A stretch of DNA of 64,000 nt from Oceanispirochaeta sp. (GTDB taxonomy: Bacteria > Spirochaetota > Spirochaetia > DSM-2461), in the NCBI GenBank assembly GCA_963666275.2, contig CAXXOA010000001.1, forward strand, positions 2,144,001 through 2,208,000, in the 5' to 3' direction. The translations under genes were made by a program, and so were the position numbers. Numbering within the stretch: position 1 is the stretch's first letter; each line of letters begins with the position of its first letter. Positions 1 through 10,259 of this stretch are shown one piece after another. Below the pieces are notes generated by a model. That model had not been told where the DNA came from. It worked only from the letters and a program-made list of their open reading frames with translations, and made no database searches.

Positions 1-242
1 ACAGCAGTTCCTACGGAGACTCTCCCTTTGTAAAGATAGCCTATCCGGCGATTCCCGAAACCAAGCATGTCTGGGGTTCCAACCGCTGTGACATCAGCTG
101 GCATCAGGAGGGAGACACACTGATCCTCTTTTCCGTGATTGACAATCTGATCAAAGGCGCGTCCGGTCAGGCCATACAGAATATGAATATAAGATTCGGA
201 CTGAACGAAACGGAAGGTCTGAATCTTCACGGTGAAATCTGA
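1..242 (+). CDS. argC: N-acetyl-gamma-glutamyl-phosphate reductase, 3' end (partial)
   Basis: My translation of frame 3 gives ...[14 protein letters not shown]...[19 protein letters not shown]...EI*, the ArgC C-terminal signature. The TGA overlaps the argB ATG. Confidence 0.93.
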   Translation, partial: SSSYGDSPFVKIAYPAIPETKHVWGSNRCDISWHQEGDTLILFSVIDNLIKGASGQAIQNMNIRFGLNETEGLNLHGEI

Positions 243-1021
243 TGAAAACTGTGGTTTGTAAAATCGGCGGCAAACCCGCCGAATCCATGGATATGATCGC
301 GGCTCTGGCCCGGGAGATAAAAAAACTGCAGAGCCGGGAGGATTTCCGGTTTATCCTCGTCCACGGCGGAGGCACCACTGTTTCGGCCATTCAGAAGCAG
401 TACGGCATTGAACCTGTCTTTATCGACGGCAAAAGGAAAACCTCAGCGGGAGAAATGGATCTGGTGGATATGGGTCTGGCTGGAAAGATGAACAAATCCC
501 TGGTGCGGATTTTTCACAGGGAAGGCCTCAATGCGGTAGGCCTGTCCGGCTGTGACGGAGGCATCTTCCTTTCGGAAGATGCCCGGGGAGAAGGTGACCA
601 GGAAAACAGAACGGGAAAAATATCCCATGTCGACACAAGACTGGTGGAACTGCTCATGGAAAAAACCTTTTTTCCCCTTGTGAACTCGGTCAGTACAGAC
701 TCTCAGGGAAGAGGCATGAACATCAATGCCGATGAAGCGGCTCTGGCCATTGCCGAAGCCCTGAAAGCGGACTCCCTGATTTTCCTCTCGGATATTCCGG
801 GGATCCTCATCCATAACGATGTCCGTGAAACCATGAATGAAGCGGAAATTGAGAAGTACATAGCAGAGGGAGATATTCAGGGAGGTATGATTCCTAAAGT
901 CAGAACATCCCTGGCAGCATTACGAGGCGGCGTCCGTCAGATTCAGATTACAAACTACCAGAAGGAAGGAGATCTGAAACTGATTGTACACGGACAGAAA
1001 GGGACAAAAATCCTTCTTTAA
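242..1021 (+). CDS. argB: Acetylglutamate kinase
   Basis: VCKIGG, VHGGG, NINADEAA, LSDIPG and GGMIPK amino-acid-kinase motifs; arg operon context. Confidence 0.95.
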   Translation: MKTVVCKIGGKPAESMDMIAALAREIKKLQSREDFRFILVHGGGTTVSAIQKQYGIEPVFIDGKRKTSAGEMDLVDMGLAGKMNKSLVRIFHREGLNAVGLSGCDGGIFLSEDARGEGDQENRTGKISHVDTRLVELLMEKTFFPLVNSVSTDSQGRGMNINADEAALAIAEALKADSLIFLSDIPGILIHNDVRETMNEAEIEKYIAEGDIQGGMIPKVRTSLAALRGGVRQIQITNYQKEGDLKLIVHGQKGTKILL

Positions 1022-1048
1022 ACTGTAAGAATTCAGGAGCAGAACATA

Positions 1049-2269
1049 ATGAAAACAGATGAGAATTCAGCCATTATACATAAACCGCCATTCCCGAAGA
1101 ATTATGCGGAGTCTTTCCTTCAGATCGAAAGCGGTCAGGGGGTATATCTGAAAGACAGTGCCGGAAATACCTATCTGGATTTCGGATCGGGCATTTCGGT
1201 GAATGCACTGGGATACGGAAGAGAGGATCTGGCGGAAATCGCCTCGGATCAGATGAAAAAGCTCATCCACATATCCAATCTCTATACCACTGCCCCGGCC
1301 GTGTCTCTGGCGCAGAAACTGACCGCAGCTGGTAATTTTGCTGCCGTCCATTTCGGTAACAGCGGAGCAGAGGCCAATGAGGCCGCTTTGAAATACGCCA
1401 GGCTCTATGCTCTGGAGAAGAAAGGAGCAGGTCATCACAAGTACCTCTCCTTTTCCAGCGGATTTCATGGCAGAACCATGGGATCCCTGAGTGTGACAGC
1501 CACGGAAAAGTATAAAAAGCCCTTCGGTCCCCTGATTCCGGGCTGTGACGTGATCGATTTCAACAGCGTTGAACAGCTGGAGAACCTTGAAAATCCCCGG
1601 GAATACGCCGCTGTGATTGTGGAAGTGGTTCAGGGAGAGGGCGGACTGGTCTCTCTCAGTGCAGAGATGACCCGGAGCCTCAATGATTTCTGCAGCCGCA
1701 ATGATGTGATCCTTATAGCTGATGAAATTCAGACGGGTGTTGGAAGAACCGGAGATATTTTCGCGTCAAAAGCCATTGGACTTGAAGCGGATATCATCAC
1801 CCTGTCCAAACCCCTGGCTGCGGGGCTCCCCCTTTCAGCGACGCTGATCCCCGCCAGGATCAACAATCTTCTCAAGCCGGGAGATCACGGAACCACCTTC
1901 GGGGGCGGACCTGTAACGACTGCGGTGGCCCTTAAAACCTGGGAGATCCTGACTGACCCTGATTTTCTTACTCAGGTCAGACAGAAAGGGGATTTTCTGA
2001 AATCCGCTCTGGAAGAGGGGTTAAAAAAGGCCGGCCTTAAGGGAGAAGTCAGGGGAAAGGGTCTTCTCTGCGGCCTTGTGACCGATGCGGTTCCGGCGGA
2101 GAAAATTCCGGCTTTACTGAAGGGGTGCCAGGAAAAGGGACTTCTTCTTTTAAGATCGGGAGCCAATGTCCTGAGGATGGCGCCCCCGCTTATTATCAGT
2201 GAAAAAGAACTCCGGGACGGAGTAAATATAATTTTTAAGACAATCGAGGAGATTAGCAATGAAGGATAA
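1049..2269 (+). CDS. argD: Acetylornithine aminotransferase (class III PLP)
   Basis: NSGAEANEAALK, FHGRT, QGEGG, DEIQTG, TLSK and HGTTFGG motifs; operon context. Confidence 0.92.
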   Translation: MKTDENSAIIHKPPFPKNYAESFLQIESGQGVYLKDSAGNTYLDFGSGISVNALGYGREDLAEIASDQMKKLIHISNLYTTAPAVSLAQKLTAAGNFAAVHFGNSGAEANEAALKYARLYALEKKGAGHHKYLSFSSGFHGRTMGSLSVTATEKYKKPFGPLIPGCDVIDFNSVEQLENLENPREYAAVIVEVVQGEGGLVSLSAEMTRSLNDFCSRNDVILIADEIQTGVGRTGDIFASKAIGLEADIITLSKPLAAGLPLSATLIPARINNLLKPGDHGTTFGGGPVTTAVALKTWEILTDPDFLTQVRQKGDFLKSALEEGLKKAGLKGEVRGKGLLCGLVTDAVPAEKIPALLKGCQEKGLLLLRSGANVLRMAPPLIISEKELRDGVNIIFKTIEEISNEG

Positions 2270-3533
2270 TTCGATTAAGAAAATAGCTCTGGCCTACTCC
2301 GGAGGACTGGATACGTCCATTATCATCCCCTGGCTGAAAGAGAACTATAACAATGCGGAAATCATCGCCATCTGTACCAATGTGGGACAGGACGAAGACT
2401 GGGACAATATGGAACAGAAAGCCCTCAATGCGGGTGCGTCCAAATACTTCCTGGCGGATCTGCGGGAAGAACTGACGACAGACTATATCTTCCCCATGGT
2501 AAGAGCCGGTGCGATCTATGAAGGACAGTACCTTCTGGGAACATCCATTGCCAGACCCATCCAGGCAAAATACCAGGTAGAGATAGCCCTGCAGGAAGGC
2601 TGTGATGCCCTGTGCCACGGCTGTACCGGCAAGGGAAACGACCAGGTGCGGTTTGAATTGACCTACAAAGCCCTGGCTCCCCAGCTGAAAGTGATTGCTC
2701 CCTGGAGACTCTGGGATATCAGTTCCCGGGAAGATGCCATTGAATATGCCCAGAACCACGGCATCGATCTGGGAAATATCTCCAAAAAGAATATCTACTC
2801 CAGAGACTGGAATATCTGGCACATGAGCCATGAGGGCGGTGACCTGGAAGATCCCTGGAACAGACCCATGGATGAAATGTTCCAGCTGACTGTCTCTCCC
2901 AAGGATGCCCCCGATGAAGAGACTGAAGTTGTCATCGACTTTGAACAGGGTATTCCCGTTGGAATCAACGGAAAGAAACTGCCCGGTTACGAACTCCTCC
3001 AGGAACTGAATAAAGTTGCCGCAGCCAATGGCGTGGGACGGGTGGACATTGTCGAAACCAGACTGGTGGGAATGAAAAGCCGGGGTGTTTACGAAACACC
3101 TGCGGGAACCCTTCTCCACATGGCTCTGAGAGACCTGGAGATGTTCACCATCAACAACGATGCTCTCCATCTGAAACAGAAACTGGCCATCGACTATTCC
3201 GACCTGGTTTATTCAGGAAAATGGTATACCACCGCCCGGAATTCCCTGGAAGCCTTTATGAAAAAGACTACCGAGTACACAACCGGTTCTGTCAAACTGG
3301 TTCTCTATAAGGGAAATGCTTTTGTGGCGGGAAGGAAATCTCCCTATGCCCTTTATGTGGAAGAGATTGCCTCTTTTGGAAAATCCAGCTACAAACACAG
3401 CGATGCAGAGGGATTTATCAGACTCTACGGCCTTTCAACTGGTGTAACAGCCATGGTTCAGAAGGATCTGAAAGACGACTCCGGTCAGGCAGTCCAGATC
3501 AAGGGAACCGCTGCTTCCTATCATGACAAATAA
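2259..3533 (+). CDS. argG: Argininosuccinate synthase
   Basis: LAYSGGLDTS, HGCTGKGNDQVRFE and KSRGVYETP motifs. Confidence 0.97.
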   Translation: MKDNSIKKIALAYSGGLDTSIIIPWLKENYNNAEIIAICTNVGQDEDWDNMEQKALNAGASKYFLADLREELTTDYIFPMVRAGAIYEGQYLLGTSIARPIQAKYQVEIALQEGCDALCHGCTGKGNDQVRFELTYKALAPQLKVIAPWRLWDISSREDAIEYAQNHGIDLGNISKKNIYSRDWNIWHMSHEGGDLEDPWNRPMDEMFQLTVSPKDAPDEETEVVIDFEQGIPVGINGKKLPGYELLQELNKVAAANGVGRVDIVETRLVGMKSRGVYETPAGTLLHMALRDLEMFTINNDALHLKQKLAIDYSDLVYSGKWYTTARNSLEAFMKKTTEYTTGSVKLVLYKGNAFVAGRKSPYALYVEEIASFGKSSYKHSDAEGFIRLYGLSTGVTAMVQKDLKDDSGQAVQIKGTAASYHDK

Positions 3534-3556
3534 GCTTTAACTGAACTTTGATTTTC

Positions 3557-3588
3557 AAAAGCCTGCTCCTTCCGAGCAGGCTTTTTTT
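3557..3588 (+). terminator. Rho-independent terminator of arg operon
   Basis: Stem AAAAGCCTGCTC/GAGCAGGCTTTT followed by a T tract. Confidence 0.85.
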
Positions 3589-3613
3589 CTCTCCTCACGC
3601 CCTGTACGGGGGA

Positions 3614-3642
3614 TTGCATTCCAACCGCTTACAGCCTAATAT
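3614..3642 (+). promoter_or_regulatory. Putative sigma70 promoter of pgi
   Basis: TTGCAT-N17-TAATAT, upstream of a GGAGG RBS. Confidence 0.5.
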
Positions 3643-3670
3643 TATAGTCACAAAATAACGGAGGAATTTC

Positions 3671-5245
3671 ATGTCCCTTAATTATAACAATCTTGATAAG
3701 TCAGCTGCTTTTGCAGAACTGCGTAAAAGTAAACAGGTTTCTTTAAAAGAGGCTCTGACAGCTCAGAGAGTGTCGGATTACTCAATCCCCGCTGCGGGAG
3801 GGCTTAGCTACAACTATGCAGCCAAAAAAGTGGATGAATCCATACTGGACCTGCTGCAGAAGCTCGCGGATGAGCAGCAGCTGACAGACAAATACAAAGC
3901 CCTCCTGAACGGAGAGATCATCAATACCGGTGAGCAGCGGATGGTTCTCCATCAGCTGACCCGGGGACAGCAGGGAGAAGATGTCTTCCTGGGAGATAAA
4001 AACCAGAGGGACTTCTACAAAAGCCAGCTTGCCAGGATCAGGACCTTTGCCGAAGCCGTTCACAAAGAAGAGATCAAAGGATCCACCGGCAAACCCTTCG
4101 ACACGGTTGTGCAGATCGGTATCGGCGGCTCAGATCTGGGACCGAGAGCCCTCTACATAGCACTGGAAAATAGGACCGCCCCCCTTATGAAAGCCCGGTT
4201 CATCTCCAATGTGGATCCAGATGATCCCAATGCGGTTCTAGCTGATCTGGATCTGGAAACATCCCTGTTTATCCTGGTCTCCAAAAGCGGTACGACCCAG
4301 GAAACCTTGGCCAACCGGAATTTCATAATTGAGAAATCCAAACAGGCGGGAATCCCCGGCCTCAATCCCTCTGCCCATATGATCGCCGTCACAAGCGAGA
4401 CAAGTCCTCTGGCAGGCTCTTCAGATGTTCTGGACTCATTCTATATGGACGATTTCATCGGAGGCCGCTACTCTTCCACCAGCGCTGTGGGCGGTGCGGT
4501 CCTTTCACTGGCCTTCGGACCCGATGTTTTCGACCAGATCCTGGAGGGAGCCGCTGAGGCGGACAAATCAGCTCTGGAGCCGGATATCAGAAAAAATGCC
4601 TCTCTGATGGATGCTCTGATCGGTGTGTACGAACGCAACATTCTGGGCTATCCCACCACAGCGGTCCTCCCCTACAGCCAGGCCCTTTCCCGTTTTCCCG
4701 CTCATCTGCAGCAGATGGATATGGAGAGCAATGGCAAGTCTGTAAACCGGAGGGGAGAACCCATGTCCTACTCGACAGGACCGATCATCTTCGGAGAACC
4801 TGGAACCAACGGACAGCACTCTTTCTATCAGCTCCTCCATCAGGGAACCGATACGATTCCTCTGCAGTTCGTAGGCTTCCACAAGGCTCAGATCAACTCG
4901 GACCTGGAATACGAAGGTTCCACAAGTCAGCAGAAACTGAAAGCCAACCTGGCGGCGCAGATCGTGGCATTTGCCGGAGGAAAAGAAGACAGCAATCCCA
5001 ATAAGAATTTCAGCGGGGAACGGCCCTCTTCCGTGATTGTGGGAGAGCAGCTGACACCGAAAGCCCTGGGAGCGCTTCTGGCCCATTTTGAAAATAAAGT
5101 TATGTTTCAGGGATTTACCTGGAATGTGAACTCCTTTGACCAGGAGGGGGTACAGCTGGGTAAGGTTCTGGCCGGAAAAGTTCTGGCCGGTGGAGAGGAC
5201 ATGGATCCTGTTCTGAAGGCTTATTCGGAAATGCTCTCAATCTGA
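3671..5245 (+). CDS. pgi: Glucose-6-phosphate isomerase
   Basis: IGIGGSDLGP, SKSGTTQET, GGRYS, ESNGK and FDQEGVQLGK motifs. Confidence 0.97.
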   Translation: MSLNYNNLDKSAAFAELRKSKQVSLKEALTAQRVSDYSIPAAGGLSYNYAAKKVDESILDLLQKLADEQQLTDKYKALLNGEIINTGEQRMVLHQLTRGQQGEDVFLGDKNQRDFYKSQLARIRTFAEAVHKEEIKGSTGKPFDTVVQIGIGGSDLGPRALYIALENRTAPLMKARFISNVDPDDPNAVLADLDLETSLFILVSKSGTTQETLANRNFIIEKSKQAGIPGLNPSAHMIAVTSETSPLAGSSDVLDSFYMDDFIGGRYSSTSAVGGAVLSLAFGPDVFDQILEGAAEADKSALEPDIRKNASLMDALIGVYERNILGYPTTAVLPYSQALSRFPAHLQQMDMESNGKSVNRRGEPMSYSTGPIIFGEPGTNGQHSFYQLLHQGTDTIPLQFVGFHKAQINSDLEYEGSTSQQKLKANLAAQIVAFAGGKEDSNPNKNFSGERPSSVIVGEQLTPKALGALLAHFENKVMFQGFTWNVNSFDQEGVQLGKVLAGKVLAGGEDMDPVLKAYSEMLSI

Positions 5246-5373
5246 GAAATCGAATCTTTACAAAACCCATGGAAGTGGAGTATATAAGCTAAGGTTTATA
5301 CTCCACTTCATGATTTTTTTTGACATCTTTGCTTCCCATGGATTCTGAAGAGGATAGGATTTAAGGATGTCAA

Positions 5374-6723
5374 ATGAAAAAATATTTAAAAAAACGGCCA
5401 GTTCATCTGATACTGGGTCTTCTCTGTTTCCTGCCTTTTTCTCTGTTTTCACAGGAAATCTCACAGAATATACTCGTGATTCACTCCTATCATCAGGGGC
5501 TGGAGTGGACAGATGATGTATCCCTTGGTATTCGGGATGTACTGACTGAATACTCAGACAACATTGAGATCTATTACGAATATCTGGATACCAAACGGAA
5601 CCCGGGAGAAGAGTATTTTCAGAAAATTTCCCGGTTTGAACAGGAAAAGACTCAGCTGGCGGAACTTCAGTTTGAAGCGATCATTGTTTCCGACAACAAC
5701 GCGCTTCGTTTTATGATGGAAACCGGTGCAGATCTGTACCGGGATGTGCCTGTTATCTTCTGCGGAGTGAACAACTTTTCCCCTTCCATGCTGGAGGGTC
5801 GGGAGAACTTTACAGGGATTGCCGAAACCGTCGATTATGAATCAACCCTCTCGGTCATGAAAAACCTGCATCCCCTGGCGGAGAAGGTTCTTCTGGTTCT
5901 GGACCGCACACCTACAGGAGAGGCGATCAATGCGGAACTCAGGCCGATTCTGGAGAGATTTTCCGATACCTTTGAGTTTGAATACTATCGGGATTTTTCA
6001 AAAGGCGATATCGCTGAGAAAATCCGCACCCTGGAAGATGATACTCTGATCTATCTCCTGGCATACAATCAGGACAGCTCCCAGGTCTTCATCTCCTATT
6101 CTGACCTGATCCGGCTCTTCCATCAGAACTCCCCCGTGCCCATTTACAGTTCATGGGATTTCTATTTCGGCAGAGGCATTGCCGGAGGAATGATCACTTC
6201 GGCTTACAAGCAGGGAAATCTGGCCGGAGACATGGCAGTCAGGATTCTGGAAGGGACTCCCGTCAGCCGGATGCCCGTACAGTATGAGAATACCAATCAG
6301 TATATGTTTGACTATAATGAACTGCACCGCTTCGGCATATCTGTCCGGAATCTGCCGGAGGATGCTCTCCTTGTGAATCATCCGGAATCTACATTCTGGG
6401 AGAATCACTGGATCTTCATGCTCTCCCTGCTTCTGGTTCTTCTTATTTCCCTTGTTCTTCTTGCTGTCTTTTTCCTGAAACAGAAGAAGGAGAAAATGCA
6501 GATTCAAACGGAACTGGAAACCCTGGGAGAACTGATTCCCATCTGTTCCCACTGTAAAAAGATCCGGGATGATTCAGGCTACTGGGACCATATTGAATCA
6601 TTCCTGAGAAGCCGGGTCAATTTCACCTTCAGTCACGGCCTCTGCCCCGGCTGTATCAAAGAGCTGTATCCCGATATCAGCGAAACAGTGCTCTCAAAAC
6701 AGGAAAAGGAAAGAAAACATTAA
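5374..6723 (+). CDS. Membrane sensor: periplasmic ABC-substrate-binding-like domain, one TM helix and a short cytoplasmic Cys/His (Zn-binding-like) tail
   Basis: Signal peptide; ILVIHSYHQGLEW...PVIFCGVN sensor domain; TM at about aa 347-368; tail IPICSHCKKIRDD...SHGLCPGC; no kinase domain. Confidence 0.7.
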   Translation: MKKYLKKRPVHLILGLLCFLPFSLFSQEISQNILVIHSYHQGLEWTDDVSLGIRDVLTEYSDNIEIYYEYLDTKRNPGEEYFQKISRFEQEKTQLAELQFEAIIVSDNNALRFMMETGADLYRDVPVIFCGVNNFSPSMLEGRENFTGIAETVDYESTLSVMKNLHPLAEKVLLVLDRTPTGEAINAELRPILERFSDTFEFEYYRDFSKGDIAEKIRTLEDDTLIYLLAYNQDSSQVFISYSDLIRLFHQNSPVPIYSSWDFYFGRGIAGGMITSAYKQGNLAGDMAVRILEGTPVSRMPVQYENTNQYMFDYNELHRFGISVRNLPEDALLVNHPESTFWENHWIFMLSLLLVLLISLVLLAVFFLKQKKEKMQIQTELETLGELIPICSHCKKIRDDSGYWDHIESFLRSRVNFTFSHGLCPGCIKELYPDISETVLSKQEKERKH

Positions 6724-7493
6724 TCCTTCCAGGGGAAAATGGTTCCTTTGAGGGACCTTTTCCCCACCTTCTCCTTCTCATCCAGAAGCAGAGCTCCCCA
6801 GGGGATCTTTTTTCGGTCGGCTTCAGGATTTTCCTCAAGATAGTCATACTTCAGCATCAGAAGCTTCATAGCACTTTCCAGAAGGACAAGGATCCCTCCG
6901 ATTCCCGGAATGATAAGAGCCAGTACGACGGATAGTCCCGCATTGAAAATCACTCCCACCAGGAGAAAAAAGGCGGTCCCCGTATTATCAAAAAAGAGAA
7001 TAAAGCATTTGCGGATGATCCTGGGAAGCGTCCTGTCCAGGGTATTCATCACAGGAAAAAAGAAGAGAGCCACATTTGTTCCTATCAGGGTTACCCAGAA
7101 GAGAAAAGCCACTCCGAGAAGCCCCATCAGGTTATTCAGCTGCCCGTAAAAGAGAAACCCCGTGTAGCAGACAAAAGTGAAAAGGAGCGAAGCAGCCCCC
7201 AGAACAAGACTGGGCAGGGCATTCTGCCGGATGTATGTAAAAAGGTCCTTTATTTCGGGACTGTCATAATAAACAATATCCTTTACAAACCGGGATGCTC
7301 CACCGGCGAAAACAAATATGAGCAGAACCCCGGCAATAAGACTCAATACACTGAGAACGGGAACCGCGGCCAACCACTGGGGGGCAAAAACAGGTATCAC
7401 AGACAGAAGAATCATTATCAGATTCAGCAGCATCACCCGCCCCATATTGTCCCAGGTATCCCAGAATGCTTTTTTAAGCAGAAAACCAATCAA
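6720..7493 (-). CDS. Multi-pass membrane protein (DUF624-like)
   Basis: 257 aa with about 5-6 hydrophobic segments. Confidence 0.6.
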   Translation of the reverse strand: MIGFLLKKAFWDTWDNMGRVMLLNLIMILLSVIPVFAPQWLAAVPVLSVLSLIAGVLLIFVFAGGASRFVKDIVYYDSPEIKDLFTYIRQNALPSLVLGAASLLFTFVCYTGFLFYGQLNNLMGLLGVAFLFWVTLIGTNVALFFFPVMNTLDRTLPRIIRKCFILFFDNTGTAFFLLVGVIFNAGLSVVLALIIPGIGGILVLLESAMKLLMLKYDYLEENPEADRKKIPWGALLLDEKEKVGKRSLKGTIFPWKD

Positions 7494-7524
7494 AGTAAAA
7501 CTCCTTATTCTCTCTGTTCATCTA

Positions 7525-9648
7525 TCAGAGCCCTTTCATGGAAAGGGCAATTCTCTTCCTTTTCAGATCAACAGAAATGACCCTTGCCTGGACTTTCTGA
7601 CCGACCTTTACAACTTCTGAAGGATCCTTCACAAACCGGTCCGCCAGTTCGGAAATATGAACCAGTCCGTCCTGATGGACTCCGATGTCTACAAAGGCGC
7701 CGAAAGCGGTCACATTGGTAACGATTCCGGGCAGGACCATCTCCTCTTCCAGATCTTCAGGATGTTCCACACCCTGGGCAAACTCAAAAACAGCAAAAGA
7801 CTCCCGGGGATCCCGCCCGGGCTGTTTCAGTTCATTCAGAATATCCTGAATAGTCTCTCGTCCGCAGTCTTCGTTCAGATACTTCTGAATATCAATCCCA
7901 CGGAGGGAATCGGGATGGCTTGTCAGTTCAGCGACTTTCAGACCCAGATCTCTGGCCATCTGCCCTACCAGCGCATACCGTTCAGGATGAATTCCCGTGT
8001 TATCCAGGGGATCCTTTCCTTCCCGGATCCGTAGAAAACCCGAAGCCTGCTCAAAGGCTTTCTTCCCTATCCCCGGGACTTTCAGCAGTTCCTTCCGACT
8101 CTGAAAGGGGCCGTTTTCCTCCCGGTAGGCGACAATGGCACCGGCTGTTTTTCTGTTCAGCCCCGAAACATAGGCCAGAAGTCTGGAACTGGCGGTGTTC
8201 AGCTCCACACCGACGGCATTCACACAGTTGACCACCACCGAATCCAGGGCGTCCTTGAGGGACTTCTGATCCACATCGTGCTGATACTGCCCCACTCCGA
8301 TGGCGCAGGGATCTATTTTAACGAGTTCCGCCAGAGGATCCATCAGACGCCGACCTATGGAGACCGCTCCCCTGACAGTGACATCATGATGGGGAAACTC
8401 CTCCCTGGCTGCTTCGGAAGCGGAGTAGACAGAAGCCCCGCTCTCGTTAACCATCACCACAGGGATGTTCTGCAGGCAGGAGAGGTTCCGGCAGAATCCC
8501 ATAATTTCCCGGCCTCCCGTCCCGTTGCCTGTCGCCACAGCCTGAATACTGTACTTTCTGACAAGAGCGGCGATCTTCTCTTCGGCCTCTCTGGTTTTCT
8601 TATGAGGTTCCAGAGGATAGATCACATCATGATGAAGCAGGTCGCCCTGGGCATTGAGACAGACGATTTTGCATCCCGTCCGGAGACCCGGATCAACCGC
8701 CAGCACCGACTTCTGCCCCAGAGGAGCATCCATAAGCAGTTCTTTCAGATTTTCAGAAAATATTCTTATCGCCTCAAGGTCGGCTTTTTCTTTCAGTGTA
8801 TTTCTGGATTCAGTTTCAAGAGAGGGGGCAAGGAGACGTTTATACGCGTCAGAGCGGGCCTCTTCCAGAAGGGCTTCCCATCGGCCGCCCCGCAGAGGAC
8901 TGTCCCTCTCCAGACGGCGGAGGGCTTCTTCATCGGAAGGTTTGATTTTTACCTTCAGGACCCCTTCTTTCATTCCCCTGTACATTGCCAGAATTCGATG
9001 GGAAGGGATGCGTTCTACACTCTCATCCCATTCAAAATAATCGCTGTATTTCTGTCCTTCCTCTTTCTTCCCTTTCACAAGGCTGGACTGAAACCGGGCT
9101 TTTTCCCGGAAGAGCTGCCTGAGCTTTTCCCTCACCGCAGTGGTTTCATTGATTTCTTCCGCCAGGATATCCCTTACACCCTGAAGGGCTTCCTCCCAGC
9201 TTTCGGCCTGATCTTTCCCGCCGTACCACTCTTTCTGATTCAGTTTCTCCGGGGGAGTATTGTTCCGGATCAGATCCGCAAGGGGCTGCAGGCCTTTTTC
9301 CCGGGCGGCCATACCGCGTGTTTTCTTTTTAGGCTTATAGGGAAGATACAGGTCCTCCAGAGCAACGGGATCCTGAATGGAGAGTATCCTTGCTTTCAGC
9401 TCTTCTGTAAGCTGTCCCTGGGACTCTATGGTTTTGAGGATAGTGGCTTTTCTCTTTTCCAGTTCCTCTATCTTTTCCGCTCTGGTCAGAACACTCTGGA
9501 TCTGGACTTCATCCAGATTCCCTGTTCTTTCTTTTCTATACCTGGCCATAAAAGGAACTGTGGCTCCCTCAGAGACCATGGTCAGGATCTCCCTGACCGC
9601 TTTCGTATTCAGTTTCAGTTCACTGGCTATTTGTTCTGCTAATGTCAT
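7525..9648 (-). CDS. tex: Tex family RNA-binding transcriptional accessory protein
   Basis: GATVPFMARYRKERTG, DPGLRTGCK, GVGQYQHDV motifs and a C-terminal S1 domain (FGAFVDIGVHQDGLVHIS). Confidence 0.95.
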   Translation of the reverse strand: MTLAEQIASELKLNTKAVREILTMVSEGATVPFMARYRKERTGNLDEVQIQSVLTRAEKIEELEKRKATILKTIESQGQLTEELKARILSIQDPVALEDLYLPYKPKKKTRGMAAREKGLQPLADLIRNNTPPEKLNQKEWYGGKDQAESWEEALQGVRDILAEEINETTAVREKLRQLFREKARFQSSLVKGKKEEGQKYSDYFEWDESVERIPSHRILAMYRGMKEGVLKVKIKPSDEEALRRLERDSPLRGGRWEALLEEARSDAYKRLLAPSLETESRNTLKEKADLEAIRIFSENLKELLMDAPLGQKSVLAVDPGLRTGCKIVCLNAQGDLLHHDVIYPLEPHKKTREAEEKIAALVRKYSIQAVATGNGTGGREIMGFCRNLSCLQNIPVVMVNESGASVYSASEAAREEFPHHDVTVRGAVSIGRRLMDPLAELVKIDPCAIGVGQYQHDVDQKSLKDALDSVVVNCVNAVGVELNTASSRLLAYVSGLNRKTAGAIVAYREENGPFQSRKELLKVPGIGKKAFEQASGFLRIREGKDPLDNTGIHPERYALVGQMARDLGLKVAELTSHPDSLRGIDIQKYLNEDCGRETIQDILNELKQPGRDPRESFAVFEFAQGVEHPEDLEEEMVLPGIVTNVTAFGAFVDIGVHQDGLVHISELADRFVKDPSEVVKVGQKVQARVISVDLKRKRIALSMKGL

Positions 9649-9668
9649 AACTGGCGATTATATCAGGA

Positions 9669-10085
9669 TTATCTGACCCACCCAAGAGAAATCGTATCAT
9701 CTTCTTTCTTTACTTCCAGAGTTTCACTCCAGCGGCTTGTTCCGCTGTCGAAGCGGGAACGGATCCGGAGATAGAGAACAGGCTGTGACAGGGCAGAGAT
9801 CTCAAAAGAGGTATCCCTGAGGGTCCAGTTTCTCAGAGAGGAATTGAAAAGGGGGGAATCCGCTGTTTCAATTTCATAGGTCTGTGCTCCGTTCACACTC
9901 TCCCAGTGAAGACAGAGGGGCAGTGTCCCGGTTGATGACTCCAGAAGGATTCGCGGACGGGAAGGATAAAGAGAATCCACGGCTGTTTCCGTATCAGAAT
10001 TGGTTGCTCCAGCGTTTGTTTCACAGGACATGATGAAGGCTGCTGACGCTGCCATCAGCAGCAGGAAAATTACATTTTTATTCAT
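9669..10085 (-). CDS. Lipoprotein with FN3-like domain
   Basis: Lipobox FIMSC; LHWESVNGAQTYEIE...YLRIRS...SRWS FN3-like pattern. Confidence 0.6.
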   Translation of the reverse strand: MNKNVIFLLLMAASAAFIMSCETNAGATNSDTETAVDSLYPSRPRILLESSTGTLPLCLHWESVNGAQTYEIETADSPLFNSSLRNWTLRDTSFEISALSQPVLYLRIRSRFDSGTSRWSETLEVKKEDDTISLGWVR

Positions 10086-10192
10086 AGTGTCAATATAGGG
10101 TTTTTCCTTGTCATATTTCGTAAGGCCGTTACTATAATGGGAAATTTATAGGCTGTAAAGGTCTGACCTGGAACACAAAATTTCTTTTCAGC

Positions 10193-10221
10193 TTGACAGA
10201 GAATTGCTGTAAACGTAATGT
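10193..10221 (+). promoter_or_regulatory. Putative sigma70 promoter of nucleoside ABC operon
   Basis: TTGACA-N17-TAATGT; RBS AAGGAG before the ATG at 10260. Confidence 0.5.
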
Positions 10222-10259
10222 AGAATTTAGAAATGAAAAAACCCTTAAGGAGAAATTTA

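Noticed and set aside
8278..9642. 454-aa plus-strand ORF (and similar long antisense ORFs, e.g. 2253-3170, 21491-22366, 28395-30416, 56940-57803)
   Set aside because: Shadow ORFs opposite well-supported genes, with no recognisable motifs.
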